Assembly (NCBI GenBank): GCA_963716725.1 | Contig: CAVQUB010000012.1 | Span: 32,001-96,000 of the forward strand | Direction of reading: 5' to 3' | Source of the DNA: an uncultured delta proteobacterium | Lineage (GTDB): Bacteria; Myxococcota_A; Polyangia; Polyangiales; Polyangiaceae | DNA: 64,000 bases | Shown: piece by piece, positions 20,756 to 30,688 of the stretch | How the letters are laid out: the number at the start of each line of letters is the position of its first letter | How positions within the stretch are numbered: the first letter of the stretch is position 1 | The notes under the pieces: model-generated | What the model was told of the DNA's origin: nothing | The model's input: only the letters and a program-made list of their open reading frames with translations | Databases searched by the model: none | Translations under genes and position numbers: made by a program

Positions 20756-20995
20756 ATGGCTGCCGTGCTGCCGCCCCCGGACGCGGGCTCGGACGGTGCC
20801 GGCGCCCCGTACCGCCAGCGCCGGCCCGAGCTCGGTGCGCTCTACCAGATTATCGCGGACAACTTCCGCACGCTGGAAGCCGCTGCCGAGCAGGGCCTGG
20901 TCGCGCCGCTGCCGTCCTTCGTGAGGGACGAGTTCTTGGGCTATCTCGACTGCGGCGTGCTCGCGCGGGGCTTTGGATTTCTCCAGCGCCAAAAC
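20756..20995 (+). mobile_element. Second IS91-family transposase, N-terminal fragment
   Basis: YRQRRPELGALYQII..LPSFVRDEFLGYLDCGVLARGF. Confidence 0.8.
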
Positions 20996-21695
20996 CCAGA
21001 CCTTGGATTCCGACACGGCGTGACGAAGGCGAATCGTTCGCCGACGCCCTACGAGGAAGCGATGCGCGTACGTGGAGCGAACGGTGAACCACTGCTCGGA
21101 CTCATGCAACGCCTTCAGCGTGGCGTACCGGTCGCCTCCGCGGTCGAGCTGAAACCACGCCCGACCACCAACCGCAGTCAGGCACAGCGCGGCTCCTCGG
21201 ATGGCGCTCAGCCAGTACCTGGTTTCCTTCTCGTCTACCGTTCGGTGCTGGCAGTCCTTTCGTTTCTTACGCGCTTCGCGCCTCCACCACTTCTGGCCGA
21301 GAAGCCCAGTCGGGGCTCCGTCGGCGGCCAGCGCGTAGGCGTTGAGCACCTTGAGCCCTCGCGCGCCGAGGTTGGTCGCACCGATCGCTCCGAAATCCTT
21401 GTTCCGCTGCCAGTCGGTGAGAGTCAGCGCCGTCCCGTCGATCGCGACGAAACAGAACTCCGCGCCGCGACAAGCCAAGGCCGTTGCCTGCGTGACCGCG
21501 TCCTGAACTGCCTCGGGCGAGACGCTTCCGTTGCTCAGGAAATCGTATGCTCCCTGCCGAGTCGCGCTGGTTCGGCATACCTCGAGTACCTTTCCTCCGG
21601 GCCGCTGCGCGACCTCTGTGGCAATCCGAACGAGTCTCCGCGTTCGTCGCGAGTCACCGAGGTTCGCGTGCCCGAAGACATCTTCCGCCCAGTCC
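20995..21695 (-). mobile_element. IS4/Tn5-like transposase, N-terminal fragment
   Basis: WAEDVFGHANLGDSRRTRRL..GAYDFL..VAIDGT..FQLDRGGD. Confidence 0.8.
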
Positions 21696-21696
21696 C

Positions 21697-21840
21697 GTGC
21701 GTCAGAAGGGCTCGCACAAGCCGCGCGCGCGCGAGGAATGGCCCAATTACACGTGGGCTTTCCACGACGGCGAGGACATCGGCCCGCGCATGCTCGCCAG
21801 GATTGCGAAGCGCACCGGGCTCACGCCCGAGGATCTGTGA
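21697..21840 (+). pseudogene. hicA: HicA-family toxin, 5' truncated
   Basis: RQKGSH..WPNYTWAFHDGEDIGPRMLARIAKRTGL. Confidence 0.75.
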
Positions 21841-21871
21841 CGCACCCGTCCGTAGCCAAAACGAATGGGGT

Positions 21872-22066
21872 TTACCGCACCCGCACCCAAGTCCCCGGTC
21901 CCCGATCGTCGCCGCTGCGCACGCCATGCCAGGTCTCGGGCACCTGGGGCTCGGTCCACGAGAACAGCCACTTGGCATCCCGGATCGAGAGGTTCACGCA
22001 GCCGCCGCTCTTGGGCTCGCCAAAGCGATCGTGCCAGTAGGCCGCATGCAACGCGAAGGGCATGTG
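21872..22066 (-). repeat. Diverged copy of the L,D-transpeptidase 3' end
   Basis: Encodes [32 protein letters not shown], with mostly synonymous differences from 38946-39140. Confidence 0.92.
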
Positions 22067-22098
22067 TCTTCCTGCCCCAACTCGCCGGTGCTCCTCGC

Positions 22099-22125
22099 AC
22101 CCCTTCGAGTATCGCGAAGCGCGTC
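22099..22125 (-). repeat. 27-bp micro-element, type B
   Basis: GACGCGCTTCGCGATACTCGAAGGGGT. Confidence 0.75.
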
Positions 22126-22371
22126 GCTTCGCGCTCGTGCGCGCCTGCGGTCTTCCCCTAAGCTCGGGCTTCGCCCGAGCGGGGAAGACGGGTCGCTCCG
22201 AGCCAGGTGTGTCGTCGCTGAGCTTACGCGCGGCTCGTGGTGCTCGGCCGGCGCAGTGGTCGGGCTGCGCCGGGAGAGAGCGCGCGCCCCTGGGTGGCGA
22301 TCGCCACCTGACTTCGCCACTTCGCCGCCTGCGGGCGAACGAGTTCTCAGGGAAATTGCGGCTCTGCTGCG

Positions 22372-22386
22372 TGGCACGGGACTCGC
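22372..22386 (+). promoter_or_regulatory. Possible sigma-54 -24/-12 motif upstream of the IS91-like transposase
   Basis: TGGCAC-GGGAC-TCGC (GG-N10-GC). Confidence 0.35.
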
Positions 22387-22401
22387 TCATGCATCCGTGG
22401 C

Positions 22402-24111
22402 GTGGGCCATCCCGCACACGCGCTCGCACCGTCCGAGCGATCGCGTTCCCGCCATCGACCGGAGAGCACCGTGCTCTACCAGACGGTGGCGGAGCACTGG
22501 CCGGCGTTCTTGGAGCGGGCCGAAGAGCACGGCGGCTTGCCGCGCTTCACCCCGTCGGGTGTCACGCAGCGCGTCGTGGTGAAGGAGTTCGAGGAGTATT
22601 TAGGGTGTGGACAGCTCGAGCGAGGTTGTCTGCACCTCGTGTGTCGTGACTGCGGTTACTCCGACCTCGTGGCGTTTTCGTGCAAAAAGCGCGGCTTTTG
22701 CCCATCTTGTGTCGGGCGACGCATGGCGGACATGGCCGTGCATTTGGAGGAGCGAGTTCTGCCCCGTGTGCGGATCCGCCATTGGATTTGCTCCTTGCCC
22801 TGGGGGCTGCGTGCGCTGCTCGGCTACGACCCTTGGAAGTCCCAGAAGTGGGACGACCGGAAGCTCTGCGCAGAAGTGGTCAGCGCGTTCATGGCGGAGG
22901 TGGACCGCTCGCTGCGCAGGCGCGCGAAGCGCGAGCTCGGAATCGCAAGCGTCACGAGAGCATACACCGGCGGCGTGGTCGCGGTGCAGAGGACGGACGG
23001 TGCTTTGAGACTGAACGTCCACGGCCACGCTCTCGTGCTCGACCGCGTGTACGTGCATCAGGACGACGACCCGAGCGCTCCGCTCGAGTTCCGCGAGCTC
23101 GACACGCCATCGCACGCCGACATCGCGGAGGTCGCGTCACGCACGGCGACACGCATCGAGAAGATCCTGCGCGCGCACGGACGGAGCCTCGACCCCGAGC
23201 TCGGGGACGACACGCCGCCCGAGCTCGCCCTCGACGAGCCCGGCCTCGCAGCTTGCTACTCCGCCGCGGCGCAGGGCATCCCCCGTCGGGGACTTCCAGG
23301 GGTCGTCTCCGTGACCGGCGAACGAGCAGGAAAACCACCGCTCCGTCTCATCGCGTCGCCCGAATCGCCCGCGCGCCCGCGCGCCGCCGACGCCACCGAC
23401 GAGCCCATCGCCGAGGTGCGCGGCATCAACATTCACGCCGCCCAAGCCATCGACGGCCGCGATCGCCGTCGCGTGGAGCGAATCTGTAAGTACGACCCTT
23501 GGAAGTCCCCGACGGGGGACATCACGCGCCCACCTGTCGCGCAGGACCGCCTCGAGCGCCGCGCGGATGGCAAACTCGAGCTCAGCTTCAAGCGTGCTTG
23601 GCGTGACGACCCTTGGAAGTCCCCGACGGGGGGCGGCACACGCGCGCTGGTCTTCGAGCCCGCCGACCTCATCCCGCGCCTCGTCGCCGCGGTGCCGCCG
23701 CCTCGCTGGCATCTCCTCAGGTACTTCGGCGTGCTCTCCCTCTTCAGGGACTTCCAAGGGTCGTCGAGCCACTCCTCGCGCCGGCGTCTCGTCGTGCCCA
23801 CACCGCCGGCGGACGCGACCGCGAACAAGCCGCCGCCAGCCCGCGGCGATCAGCTCGAGCTACTTGGCGAGAAGGACGACGCGCCGGTGCCGCGCAAACG
23901 ATGGGCATGGATGCTGGCCCACGTGTTCCAAGCTGACATGGACCATTGTCCCCGCTGCTCCGGTCCGATGCGCTGGGCCGAGGTCGCCACGACGCGTGCT
24001 GCCATCACCCGCCTGCTCGCCGAGCACGGTCTCGGGGCGAGAGCGCCGCCGCGTCAACACGTGAACCTTCGGGTGCCCGAGCAGCTCGTGTTGGGGTTCG
24101 GGGAAGGGTGA
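22402..24111 (+). CDS. IS91/ISCR-family rolling-circle HUH transposase with six in-frame 9-aa insertions
   Basis: Zn motifs CRDCG..FSCKKRGFCPSC; HUH LNVHGH; ICKY..ITRPP; RYFGV. Confidence 0.93.
   Translation: MGHPAHALAPSERSRSRHRPESTVLYQTVAEHWPAFLERAEEHGGLPRFTPSGVTQRVVVKEFEEYLGCGQLERGCLHLVCRDCGYSDLVAFSCKKRGFCPSCVGRRMADMAVHLEERVLPRVRIRHWICSLPWGLRALLGYDPWKSQKWDDRKLCAEVVSAFMAEVDRSLRRRAKRELGIASVTRAYTGGVVAVQRTDGALRLNVHGHALVLDRVYVHQDDDPSAPLEFRELDTPSHADIAEVASRTATRIEKILRAHGRSLDPELGDDTPPELALDEPGLAACYSAAAQGIPRRGLPGVVSVTGERAGKPPLRLIASPESPARPRAADATDEPIAEVRGINIHAAQAIDGRDRRRVERICKYDPWKSPTGDITRPPVAQDRLERRADGKLELSFKRAWRDDPWKSPTGGGTRALVFEPADLIPRLVAAVPPPRWHLLRYFGVLSLFRDFQGSSSHSSRRRLVVPTPPADATANKPPPARGDQLELLGEKDDAPVPRKRWAWMLAHVFQADMDHCPRCSGPMRWAEVATTRAAITRLLAEHGLGARAPPRQHVNLRVPEQLVLGFGEG
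22549..22575 (-). repeat. 27-bp micro-element, type B (in-frame TPSGVTQRV)
   Basis: GACGCGCTGCGTGACACCCGACGGGGT; removal gives LPRFVVKEF. Confidence 0.85.
22828..22854 (+). repeat. 27-bp micro-element, type A (DPWKSQKWD)
   Basis: GACCCTTGGAA-GTCCCA-GAAG-TGGGAC. Confidence 0.9.
23278..23304 (-). repeat. 27-bp micro-element, type A
   Basis: GACCCCTGGAA-GTCCCC-GACG-GGGGAT on the minus strand. Confidence 0.9.
23494..23520 (+). repeat. 27-bp micro-element, type A (DPWKSPTGD)
   Basis: GACCCTTGGAA-GTCCCC-GACG-GGGGAC between KY and ITRPP. Confidence 0.92.
23608..23634 (+). repeat. 27-bp micro-element, type A (DPWKSPTGG)
   Basis: GACCCTTGGAA-GTCCCC-GACG-GGGGGC; removal gives WRDGTRAL. Confidence 0.92.
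23736..23762 (-). repeat. 27-bp micro-element, type A
   Basis: GACCCTTGGAA-GTCCCT-GAAG-AGGGAG; empty site in the paralog near 35735. Confidence 0.9.
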
Positions 24112-24258
24112 GGCTTCGTCGCGGGACTCGCCAAGGCGGTGCTCCGTGCGCGGTGGCGCGTTCTGCCTCGCTGTGACGCTCAGCAGCGGCAACCAACTGT
24201 TCAGCCAGCCACCCCGACCTGCCTCTCGACCTCCGACCGCCACGCGCGTACCCTGAGC

Positions 24259-24294
24259 ATCGGTGGGTTTTGGCAGTTCGTTCCTCCTACGCGC
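24259..24294 (+). mobile_element. Putative oriIS-like right end of the IS91 element
   Basis: CGGTGGGTTTTGGCAGTTCGTT..CCTACGCGC shared with 36136-36170; homology stops here. Confidence 0.6.
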
Positions 24295-24469
24295 GCCTCC
24301 CGCCTCGGCGACGGACCCGCCCGACGCATCCCAGCAGGGGGTTTCGAAACCGCCACCGCGCCGCGAGCCGAAGAGTCCTGCATCGGCTTCCGCGGCGAGC
24401 TCCCTGGGCATTCACGCCGACGGCCTGCTCGACCGCAAATGAGAGGTGCTAGCGTCTGGGGCAGCTCCG

Positions 24470-25573
24470 ATGAGCCGATCGCCCCTAGCCCAGCGACCAC
24501 TGACGCTGGCCCTCGCGGCCGCCGTGATGCTCCTGCCGCGTTTGGCGCGTGCCGAGCCGAGTGACGCAGACCGTCGCCAAGCCCAGGCGCTGTTCGAGCA
24601 AGGGCGGGTGTTGCTCGCGGAGCAGCGCTACGCCGAAGCCTGCCCCGCTTTCGCCGAGAGCCAGCGACTCGACCCCGGAGGCGGGACGCTCTTGAACCTG
24701 GCCGTCTGCCACGAGAAGCAGGGCCGACTGGCCACGGCCTACGCCGAGTACCAAGACGCGCTCAGCGCGGCTCGGGCCGACAGGCGCCAGGATCGTGCGC
24801 GGATCGCCACGCTGCGCCTCGAGGCGCTCGAGGGCAAGATCGCCCGCGTGCGCTTCGAGGTCGCCTCGGCGGCGGACGGCGCTTCCATCACGATCGAGCT
24901 CGACGGAACGAAAGTCCCCGAGCTTGCCTGGTCGACGCCCACACCAATCGACCCCGGTGTGCATCGCATCGTCGTGAGCGCGCCAGGCCACCGGAGCTGG
25001 CAGTCCCAGCTCGACGTCGCGACGGATGGCGGCGAGAGGGTCGTTTCGGTGCCCCGCCTCGAGGCGGTCGAAAGCCGAGGGGAGGCCCCAAAGCCGGTTG
25101 CTCCGCGTGCGCCGGCGCCGGCGGCGTGTCCGGCGGGCGGGCGAAGCGTCGGAGGTCGCTGCGTAGAGGCGCCCAGTGTCGATCGGGGCACAGAGGAGCG
25201 TCGTTTCGCTACAGCGTCCTGGGTGCTCGGCGGCGTGGGTGTGACTGCGCTCGGGGTCTCAGCGGTGACCGGCGCGATGGCGCTTTCGGCGAGCTCCGCC
25301 TCGGAAGATGCCAAGCGCCGTGCGGGCTGCGTGTCCGAGCGCCAGTTCTGTCGCGACTCGTCCGCTCTCGCTGAGTACCGCGATGACGCCGAGCGGGCGC
25401 GCTCGCTCGCCTGGATCAGTACCGGCGCGCTGGTCGCTGGCAGCGGCGCGGTCGTCGCCGCATGGCTTTGGCCGCGGGAGCACGTTTCGCGTCCGGTCGC
25501 CTCGATAGCCCTCACCCCGAGCCCGGGCCCCGGCTCGCTTTTTGTGTCCCTCCAAGGTCCCTGGTCAAACTGA
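24470..25573 (+). CDS. Secreted TPR + PEGA-like membrane protein
   Basis: AQALFEQGR..ACPAFAESQRLDP..TLLNLAVCHE; C-terminal TM helices. Confidence 0.85.
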   Translation: MSRSPLAQRPLTLALAAAVMLLPRLARAEPSDADRRQAQALFEQGRVLLAEQRYAEACPAFAESQRLDPGGGTLLNLAVCHEKQGRLATAYAEYQDALSAARADRRQDRARIATLRLEALEGKIARVRFEVASAADGASITIELDGTKVPELAWSTPTPIDPGVHRIVVSAPGHRSWQSQLDVATDGGERVVSVPRLEAVESRGEAPKPVAPRAPAPAACPAGGRSVGGRCVEAPSVDRGTEERRFATASWVLGGVGVTALGVSAVTGAMALSASSASEDAKRRAGCVSERQFCRDSSALAEYRDDAERARSLAWISTGALVAGSGAVVAAWLWPREHVSRPVASIALTPSPGPGSLFVSLQGPWSN

Positions 25574-25597
25574 AGAGCTGTCCAAGAATTGACCCCC

Positions 25598-25676
25598 CCG
25601 CATCCGCACCCGAAGAGCCCGACCGTGAGCACCCTCGACCCAAGCCGAGTTTCGGGTGCGGGTGCGGGTGCGCCGC
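25598..25676. terminator. Inverted repeat downstream of the TPR gene
   Basis: CGCATCCGCACCCGAA ... TTCGGGTGCGGGTGCG. Confidence 0.35.
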
Positions 25677-26019
25677 AAGGCGGCCAGTTCACACCCGGGC
25701 CAGTTGTCGGGACGAGTGCCCTGGTTCGCCGATTCCTGCTTGACCGATCGGAGTGGTGGGTCGAGGCGGAAGGCAAACCGGCGCGGGCGCGGTGCTCACG
25801 CGGCTTGAGCGCGCTGGTTTGGCGCGAAAACTGGGGCCTTCTCTCCCGAGCTGGAGTCGCTGTCAGGATGGAGGCTGCGACGGCGACGATTGCCCCTTTG
25901 GGCCCGCGCCCGCTCTTGAGGCGAAGGAACTGCGCGTGTAGGTACGTGTTCTTTGAGCGAGCCGCGGACCAAGCGGCCTGGACGAGCGTGGTCTTGAGCC
26001 AGGGAGCGCCCCTGCGCTG

Positions 26020-26436
26020 CTAAAGAGCCGGAAAGCATCGCATCTCAGTCATGATGCTCAGCCAGGTTCCGCACGAACAAACCTGGTCGTTGTTTGGGTC
26101 GAAACCGCAACTGGGCGGAGCGTACGTCACCTCTCGGCATTGCTCTCCGGCTTCGCATTCCGCGCTGGTGGAACATTTGGCTCGATAGCAGCCGAACTCG
26201 TCGAAGACGGACGCGGGATCTCCACAGTTGAAGTTCTCCTTTTCGCACATGTCTTGTACGCATGCGATGGGAAGGTTCGGAAGGCAGTCGGGACGGCCAG
26301 TCGCGCCGTCCCCGGACTGGCCCGCGCCGCCCCCACTGCCCGCAAGGGCCGAGCCTCCGCTGTCGGACTTGTCGCTAAAACACGCGACCAGACCTCCTGC
26401 CCCGAGCATCAGTACAACCGCAAAAAGGTGCTTCAT
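26020..26436 (-). CDS. Cys-rich lipoprotein
   Basis: MKHLFAVVLMLGAGGLVAC lipobox. Confidence 0.7.
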   Translation of the reverse strand: MKHLFAVVLMLGAGGLVACFSDKSDSGGSALAGSGGGAGQSGDGATGRPDCLPNLPIACVQDMCEKENFNCGDPASVFDEFGCYRAKCSTSAECEAGEQCREVTYAPPSCGFDPNNDQVCSCGTWLSIMTEMRCFPAL

Positions 26437-26446
26437 TTTCCTTCTC

Positions 26447-27556
26447 CTATCGTGACACAAGAGCGTGAATGCGCGCGACAAAGCTCACCACGCGGATCCG
26501 ATGGCGCCATGGTCGCAACAACCACCGCCCACCGCGTCGGCGTACGAAGCCAGCCCCAACTGCAGCTATGATCCATGGTTGCCACCAACCAGCTGCGGCA
26601 CCAACGGCCGACGCCGAGCATTGGGGTTGCGGTTTCGGGGACACCGTGCACGCGACCGACCAGTCGCCCGATGGATCGCTGCCCTCCTTTGACCCTCCCG
26701 CAAGCGCGAGTGCAGCCCGAATCGCGTCGGCTGATTCGGCCCTCTCAATTCCGTGCCCGGATCCGGTCGCCTCGACCGAGCACGTAGCCAGCGGCACCAA
26801 GTCCTCCGCACCAACAGAAAGCACGCCAACGAGATCCCCGGTCGCGTCCAACACAGGCCCGCCGCTTGCCCCAATCGCGACGTCCGCGGCCAAGCTCACG
26901 CCCGACGACGTGGTCGTCGTGACGGTCGCCTCGGGGTCGCACCGAATCGGAGCTCCGAAGCTAGCGCCGCACGCGATGAGCCGTTCTCCGGGCTTTGGCG
27001 ACAGTTCCGCGAGTCCGGCGAATGCGGCCAACGGTCGATCGATCTCGATTAGCGCGAGATCGGCGGCGGAACAGTCGTGGTAACGACGGAACAACACCCT
27101 CTGGCACCTGAAGACGCTGTCGGCCGGAACGTCCGACTGCCACGAATCCCAGAGGAAACCCCGAACAAGCAGCAGCCGGTCGCACTGTTCTTGGTCCGCA
27201 ACACAGTGGGCAGCCGTCGCGACGACGTTCGCGGCGACGGCCACACCGGTGCACACTGCAGCCGCTGGAAGCTGACCACCTGGCTCGGACGAGCACAGGT
27301 CGAAAACCTCGGCAGCCATCGGCGCGGAAATCGTGAAGGAGCCGGACCGGCTCTGGGTCGTGAAACTCACCGGGACCACAGCAAGGGTGCTGTTCACCAG
27401 AACCGCCTGCGCTGCCTGGCTTTCCAACGCGGAAGGCGCGACTCGTGAGTCGTGGCCGTACACGACGGGCGAGTCGACGCGGCCGTACGGCAGGTCGCCG
27501 GCCTCCGCAGAGCAAGCGTTTGTCGCCACAGCGATCAGCGGCACGAATCCTCTCAC
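26447..27556 (-). CDS. Trypsin-like serine protease with C-terminal hydrophobic tail
   Basis: TAAHCV, DLALIEI, GASGGP; GTG start overlaps the upstream stop. Confidence 0.85.
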   Translation of the reverse strand: MRGFVPLIAVATNACSAEAGDLPYGRVDSPVVYGHDSRVAPSALESQAAQAVLVNSTLAVVPVSFTTQSRSGSFTISAPMAAEVFDLCSSEPGGQLPAAAVCTGVAVAANVVATAAHCVADQEQCDRLLLVRGFLWDSWQSDVPADSVFRCQRVLFRRYHDCSAADLALIEIDRPLAAFAGLAELSPKPGERLIACGASFGAPIRCDPEATVTTTTSSGVSLAADVAIGASGGPVLDATGDLVGVLSVGAEDLVPLATCSVEATGSGHGIERAESADAIRAALALAGGSKEGSDPSGDWSVACTVSPKPQPQCSASAVGAAAGWWQPWIIAAVGAGFVRRRGGRWLLRPWRHRIRVVSFVARIHALVSR

Positions 27557-28788
27557 GGGTAGGTCGCCCGAAGATTGCTCATCAGGTTGAAGATGTAGCT
27601 GTCCAACCGCTTCTCCAGGTTTGGGTTCGCTCTGATGGTGGCGCTTGGCTCTTGGGCGACCGTGCACGTCGTGCAACGTTGAACCGAGGCCACTGCGAAG
27701 ATGTGGAAGCTTCCGAGCCCGGTCGTGTACATGCCCGACCCTGAATGCCCGGGGCCGTTGTCGCACCCGTGCGAGAATGTGGAGTTGAACCCGTTTCCGA
27801 ACGGGAACATGAACTGACCGAAGCTGCATCCGGAGGTCTGGCCGTACAGCCGCTCGGCCTGGCAGTTAGCCGGCGAGTTCACTTGGCCACAGCCGGGATA
27901 TCCAACCTCACGCTTGGTCCAATTCTGGATGTCGGCTTGGCCAAGCCACGCGTAACCAAGCCAGCCGGGGTGCCCCTGGGGGAAGTTGTCTTGCAGCAGC
28001 AGGAGCGCCCAGTCCTCGGGGACGCAGTCCGACCAATACCCTGGAGCGCCGCCGGTGCACTTGGAGATGTAGTTGCCACCCCACCACGCGGCGACCACAG
28101 CCTGTTGACCGAATGGGAGCGACGCGCCGTTCACGGCCGGCTGAAAGGTCCCCGCAGCGTAGTTGCCGCCCGGGTCTATCACGCAGTGCGCTGCGGTGAT
28201 GATCAGGCGTCTCCCGAAGAAGGTCGCCGTGCAACCGCCGTTGGCCAACAACCTCCCGACCGTTCGGTATTCCCAGTTCTGGAAGCCAGACAGATTCACT
28301 CGGTTGTCGATGCCGTTCCCCGACGAGACTGCGCTGGACCATCCCTTCTCTTGCAGCGGAACCTGATCGGGTTGCACTGGTTCAGCGATGCCTCTGGGCA
28401 CGAGCTCCGCGGCGAGATCCGCCAGCTTCTTGCTGTCGTAACGGAGAGTCTGCACCTCTGGCTTCGACGCTTCGAGATAGGCCACGAGCTGATGGTCCTC
28501 GGGGGGTGAGCTGGCTTCCATCTTCGAAGGGTCCGAGGCCCACGCCGCGCTCGCCATGATCCCCGTTTGCGTCGGCTTGATGGAGATCGCCGCGGTACCA
28601 ACGACCGTCGGCGCAACCGGGGCAACACCCCCCACGAGTGCTTGCTGGTGCTCGTAGCTGGTCCGCGACCGCTCGGCGACGGAGGGGCTCGGCTCTCCGC
28701 CGCAGCCCGCTGGGCCCGTCATCAGCGCGAGACTGGTCGCCGACATTCCGAGGGCTGAGCCGACCAGAAATCGAAGTCTGTTTGTCAT
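27553..28788 (-). CDS. Trypsin-like (V8-type) serine protease lipoprotein
   Basis: PAGC lipobox; ITAAHCV, DWALLLL, GHSGSG. Confidence 0.88.
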   Translation of the reverse strand: MTNRLRFLVGSALGMSATSLALMTGPAGCGGEPSPSVAERSRTSYEHQQALVGGVAPVAPTVVGTAAISIKPTQTGIMASAAWASDPSKMEASSPPEDHQLVAYLEASKPEVQTLRYDSKKLADLAAELVPRGIAEPVQPDQVPLQEKGWSSAVSSGNGIDNRVNLSGFQNWEYRTVGRLLANGGCTATFFGRRLIITAAHCVIDPGGNYAAGTFQPAVNGASLPFGQQAVVAAWWGGNYISKCTGGAPGYWSDCVPEDWALLLLQDNFPQGHPGWLGYAWLGQADIQNWTKREVGYPGCGQVNSPANCQAERLYGQTSGCSFGQFMFPFGNGFNSTFSHGCDNGPGHSGSGMYTTGLGSFHIFAVASVQRCTTCTVAQEPSATIRANPNLEKRLDSYIFNLMSNLRATYP

Positions 28789-28926
28789 TGCTTGTTCCCC
28801 GTCCCGGCCAAATTGGATGGACTGATTGCTCACTCTGCCCTCCTTGCCGGGCGAACGCGCGTAATTCCCGCGTAATTTTCTCCTCCCGCGTGGCGCACGC
28901 CGGCCCCTCACTCTACCCTTGAGTTC

Positions 28927-29709
28927 GTGAGGAGGGTTTCGGGCGAGCATGCGGTCCAAGTCTCGGCTGCGCCGCGCCTCGCCGCGCTCGACGCGATGCC
29001 CCGTTCGCATGATGTCGCCGTTGCGGTCCGAGCGGCGATGTCGGGCAGCATGTTTATTGTCGAAGACTCAACGGACGCGATGCTGCCGCAGGCACAGATC
29101 GTGGTCATCGCGGACCGGTGCGGCGAGTGGGCTTGCGAGCGCATCGCGCACTTCCAGCGCCTCGACTTCGTGGGGCCGGTGGTCGTCGTCGTGGACGAGT
29201 TCCGCGAGCAGATCGCAGTGCTCGGGTACGGCTGCGGTGCTCTCGCGTGGGAGGCGCTACCTCTGCGCGCAACCGCCTTTGTCGCCCAGCTCGATGCGCT
29301 GGCGAGCCGGCTCATCGGTTGCCCAGACCCGCCCGACGTGGCCGTGCGACTCGTCCCCTCCACTTTCTCGGCGGTCATCGACGAGGAAGTGGTGAAATTC
29401 AAGCCAAGGGCGTTCGCCGTCTTTGCCTACCTGCTGGGCCGGCGGGAGATTTGGACCACTCCGCGGAGAGTCATGCAGGATGTCTTCGAGACCAACCACT
29501 CGTCCGACTCTTCGGTTGTCCGCATGCAAATCAGGAACATTCGTGCTGCGCTTGGTCCAAAGCTCGCCTGGATCCTCGCCGGAGCAGAAGGCCGCGGCTA
29601 CCAAGTCACTCTGAGTTGGGACTCGACGGCGGGGCGCCGACTGTCACCCCATCCGCGGTACCGGGGTCCAAGCGGGGGCGCATCGCCAAGGACGTCACGC
29701 GTGCGCTGA
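28927..29709 (+). CDS. Winged-helix (OmpR C-terminal type) transcriptional regulator
   Basis: PRAFAVFAYL..VVRMQIRNIRAALG..GRGY. Confidence 0.7.
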   Translation: MRRVSGEHAVQVSAAPRLAALDAMPRSHDVAVAVRAAMSGSMFIVEDSTDAMLPQAQIVVIADRCGEWACERIAHFQRLDFVGPVVVVVDEFREQIAVLGYGCGALAWEALPLRATAFVAQLDALASRLIGCPDPPDVAVRLVPSTFSAVIDEEVVKFKPRAFAVFAYLLGRREIWTTPRRVMQDVFETNHSSDSSVVRMQIRNIRAALGPKLAWILAGAEGRGYQVTLSWDSTAGRRLSPHPRYRGPSGGASPRTSRVR

Positions 29710-29903
29710 TCGCGCGTGAGCTGGTGAAGCTCCTGTACTGCGCCGACGTGGACGCGTAGCCGTGGAGCGGTTCGTCTCGCGATATTGGCGTAGGAGCGCC
29801 GCCGCGTGAGCGGCGGCGCTCCGCATCGAGTCCGGGTCGGGACAGAGTCCGCGCCGGCGGCGATCTCATTGAAAGCCCGGAGGAGGTCGGGCACGTCGAA
29901 TGT

Positions 29904-30596
29904 ATGAGTACAACAACCCCGCCGATCGACCATCGATCGCCTCCTCCGGAAGCCCATCCATGCCTCCGCCGGGCCTACGCGTCCAGGGTGCCGGAGCAGA
30001 AGGGCGGTACGCTGATCGCCGGGAGCGTGGTGGACCTCGAGACGCACGAGCGCCTGCTAAGAATTGACGGCTACCGCCCGGCCGTTTGTCAGCGGTGCGG
30101 TGGCCCAGTGCACGCCCACGAGCACCGTGCCCGGCTGCTGCTCGGGGAAGCTGAGGGCAGCACCGACATCGCGATCTATCGCTGTGCCGACCACGAAAGC
30201 TGCGGCGCGGTGTGGCGTGTACTGCCAGGGTTGCTAGCCCGCCACCTGTGGCGGGCCTGGAGCACGGTCGAACGTACGATTGCCGATCGTGATGGCGAAG
30301 AGCGGGTCGTGGCGGGGCCGGTCGGCGCGGTTGGGCCACCAATTCCGGAGAGGACCCGCGTGCGCTGGCGCACCCGGCTCGTCACGTCGGCCGCGATGGT
30401 GGTCGCGGTACTGGCTACCGCGATGGACGTACCTGCTCTCGCTTACGTCGTGAAGCGAACTGGCTATCTGGCAACGCGCGGGGAGGTCGTCACGGTCTTC
30501 GCCGAAAACAGCCGGTCAGCGCCCGGCTGCGGTCATCTGCTCGGTGCGTTGGCCGCCGTCGTCCACAGGCTCGCACCGGGAGTGCGTCTCATGTAA
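29904..30596 (+). CDS. ORF1 of a second three-gene transposon (CxxC/His motifs)
   Basis: CQRCGGPVHAH..YRCAD..CGAVWRVLP, upstream of a DDE transposase. Confidence 0.7.
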   Translation: MSTTTPPIDHRSPPPEAHPCLRRAYASRVPEQKGGTLIAGSVVDLETHERLLRIDGYRPAVCQRCGGPVHAHEHRARLLLGEAEGSTDIAIYRCADHESCGAVWRVLPGLLARHLWRAWSTVERTIADRDGEERVVAGPVGAVGPPIPERTRVRWRTRLVTSAAMVVAVLATAMDVPALAYVVKRTGYLATRGEVVTVFAENSRSAPGCGHLLGALAAVVHRLAPGVRLM

Positions 30597-30688
30597 CGGC
30601 CGGTGAGCACCGCGCGTCGGGACGCGTGGCAGCACGGCGTCATCGAATCCCACCCAAAGTGGCGAAGGCCTCGAGATAGCGGTGGGGC

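Noticed and set aside
22549..23762. 27-bp repeats as a CRISPR array
   Set aside because: Irregular spacing of roughly 90-420 bp, both orientations, intervening DNA is continuous transposase coding sequence, and no cas genes are present
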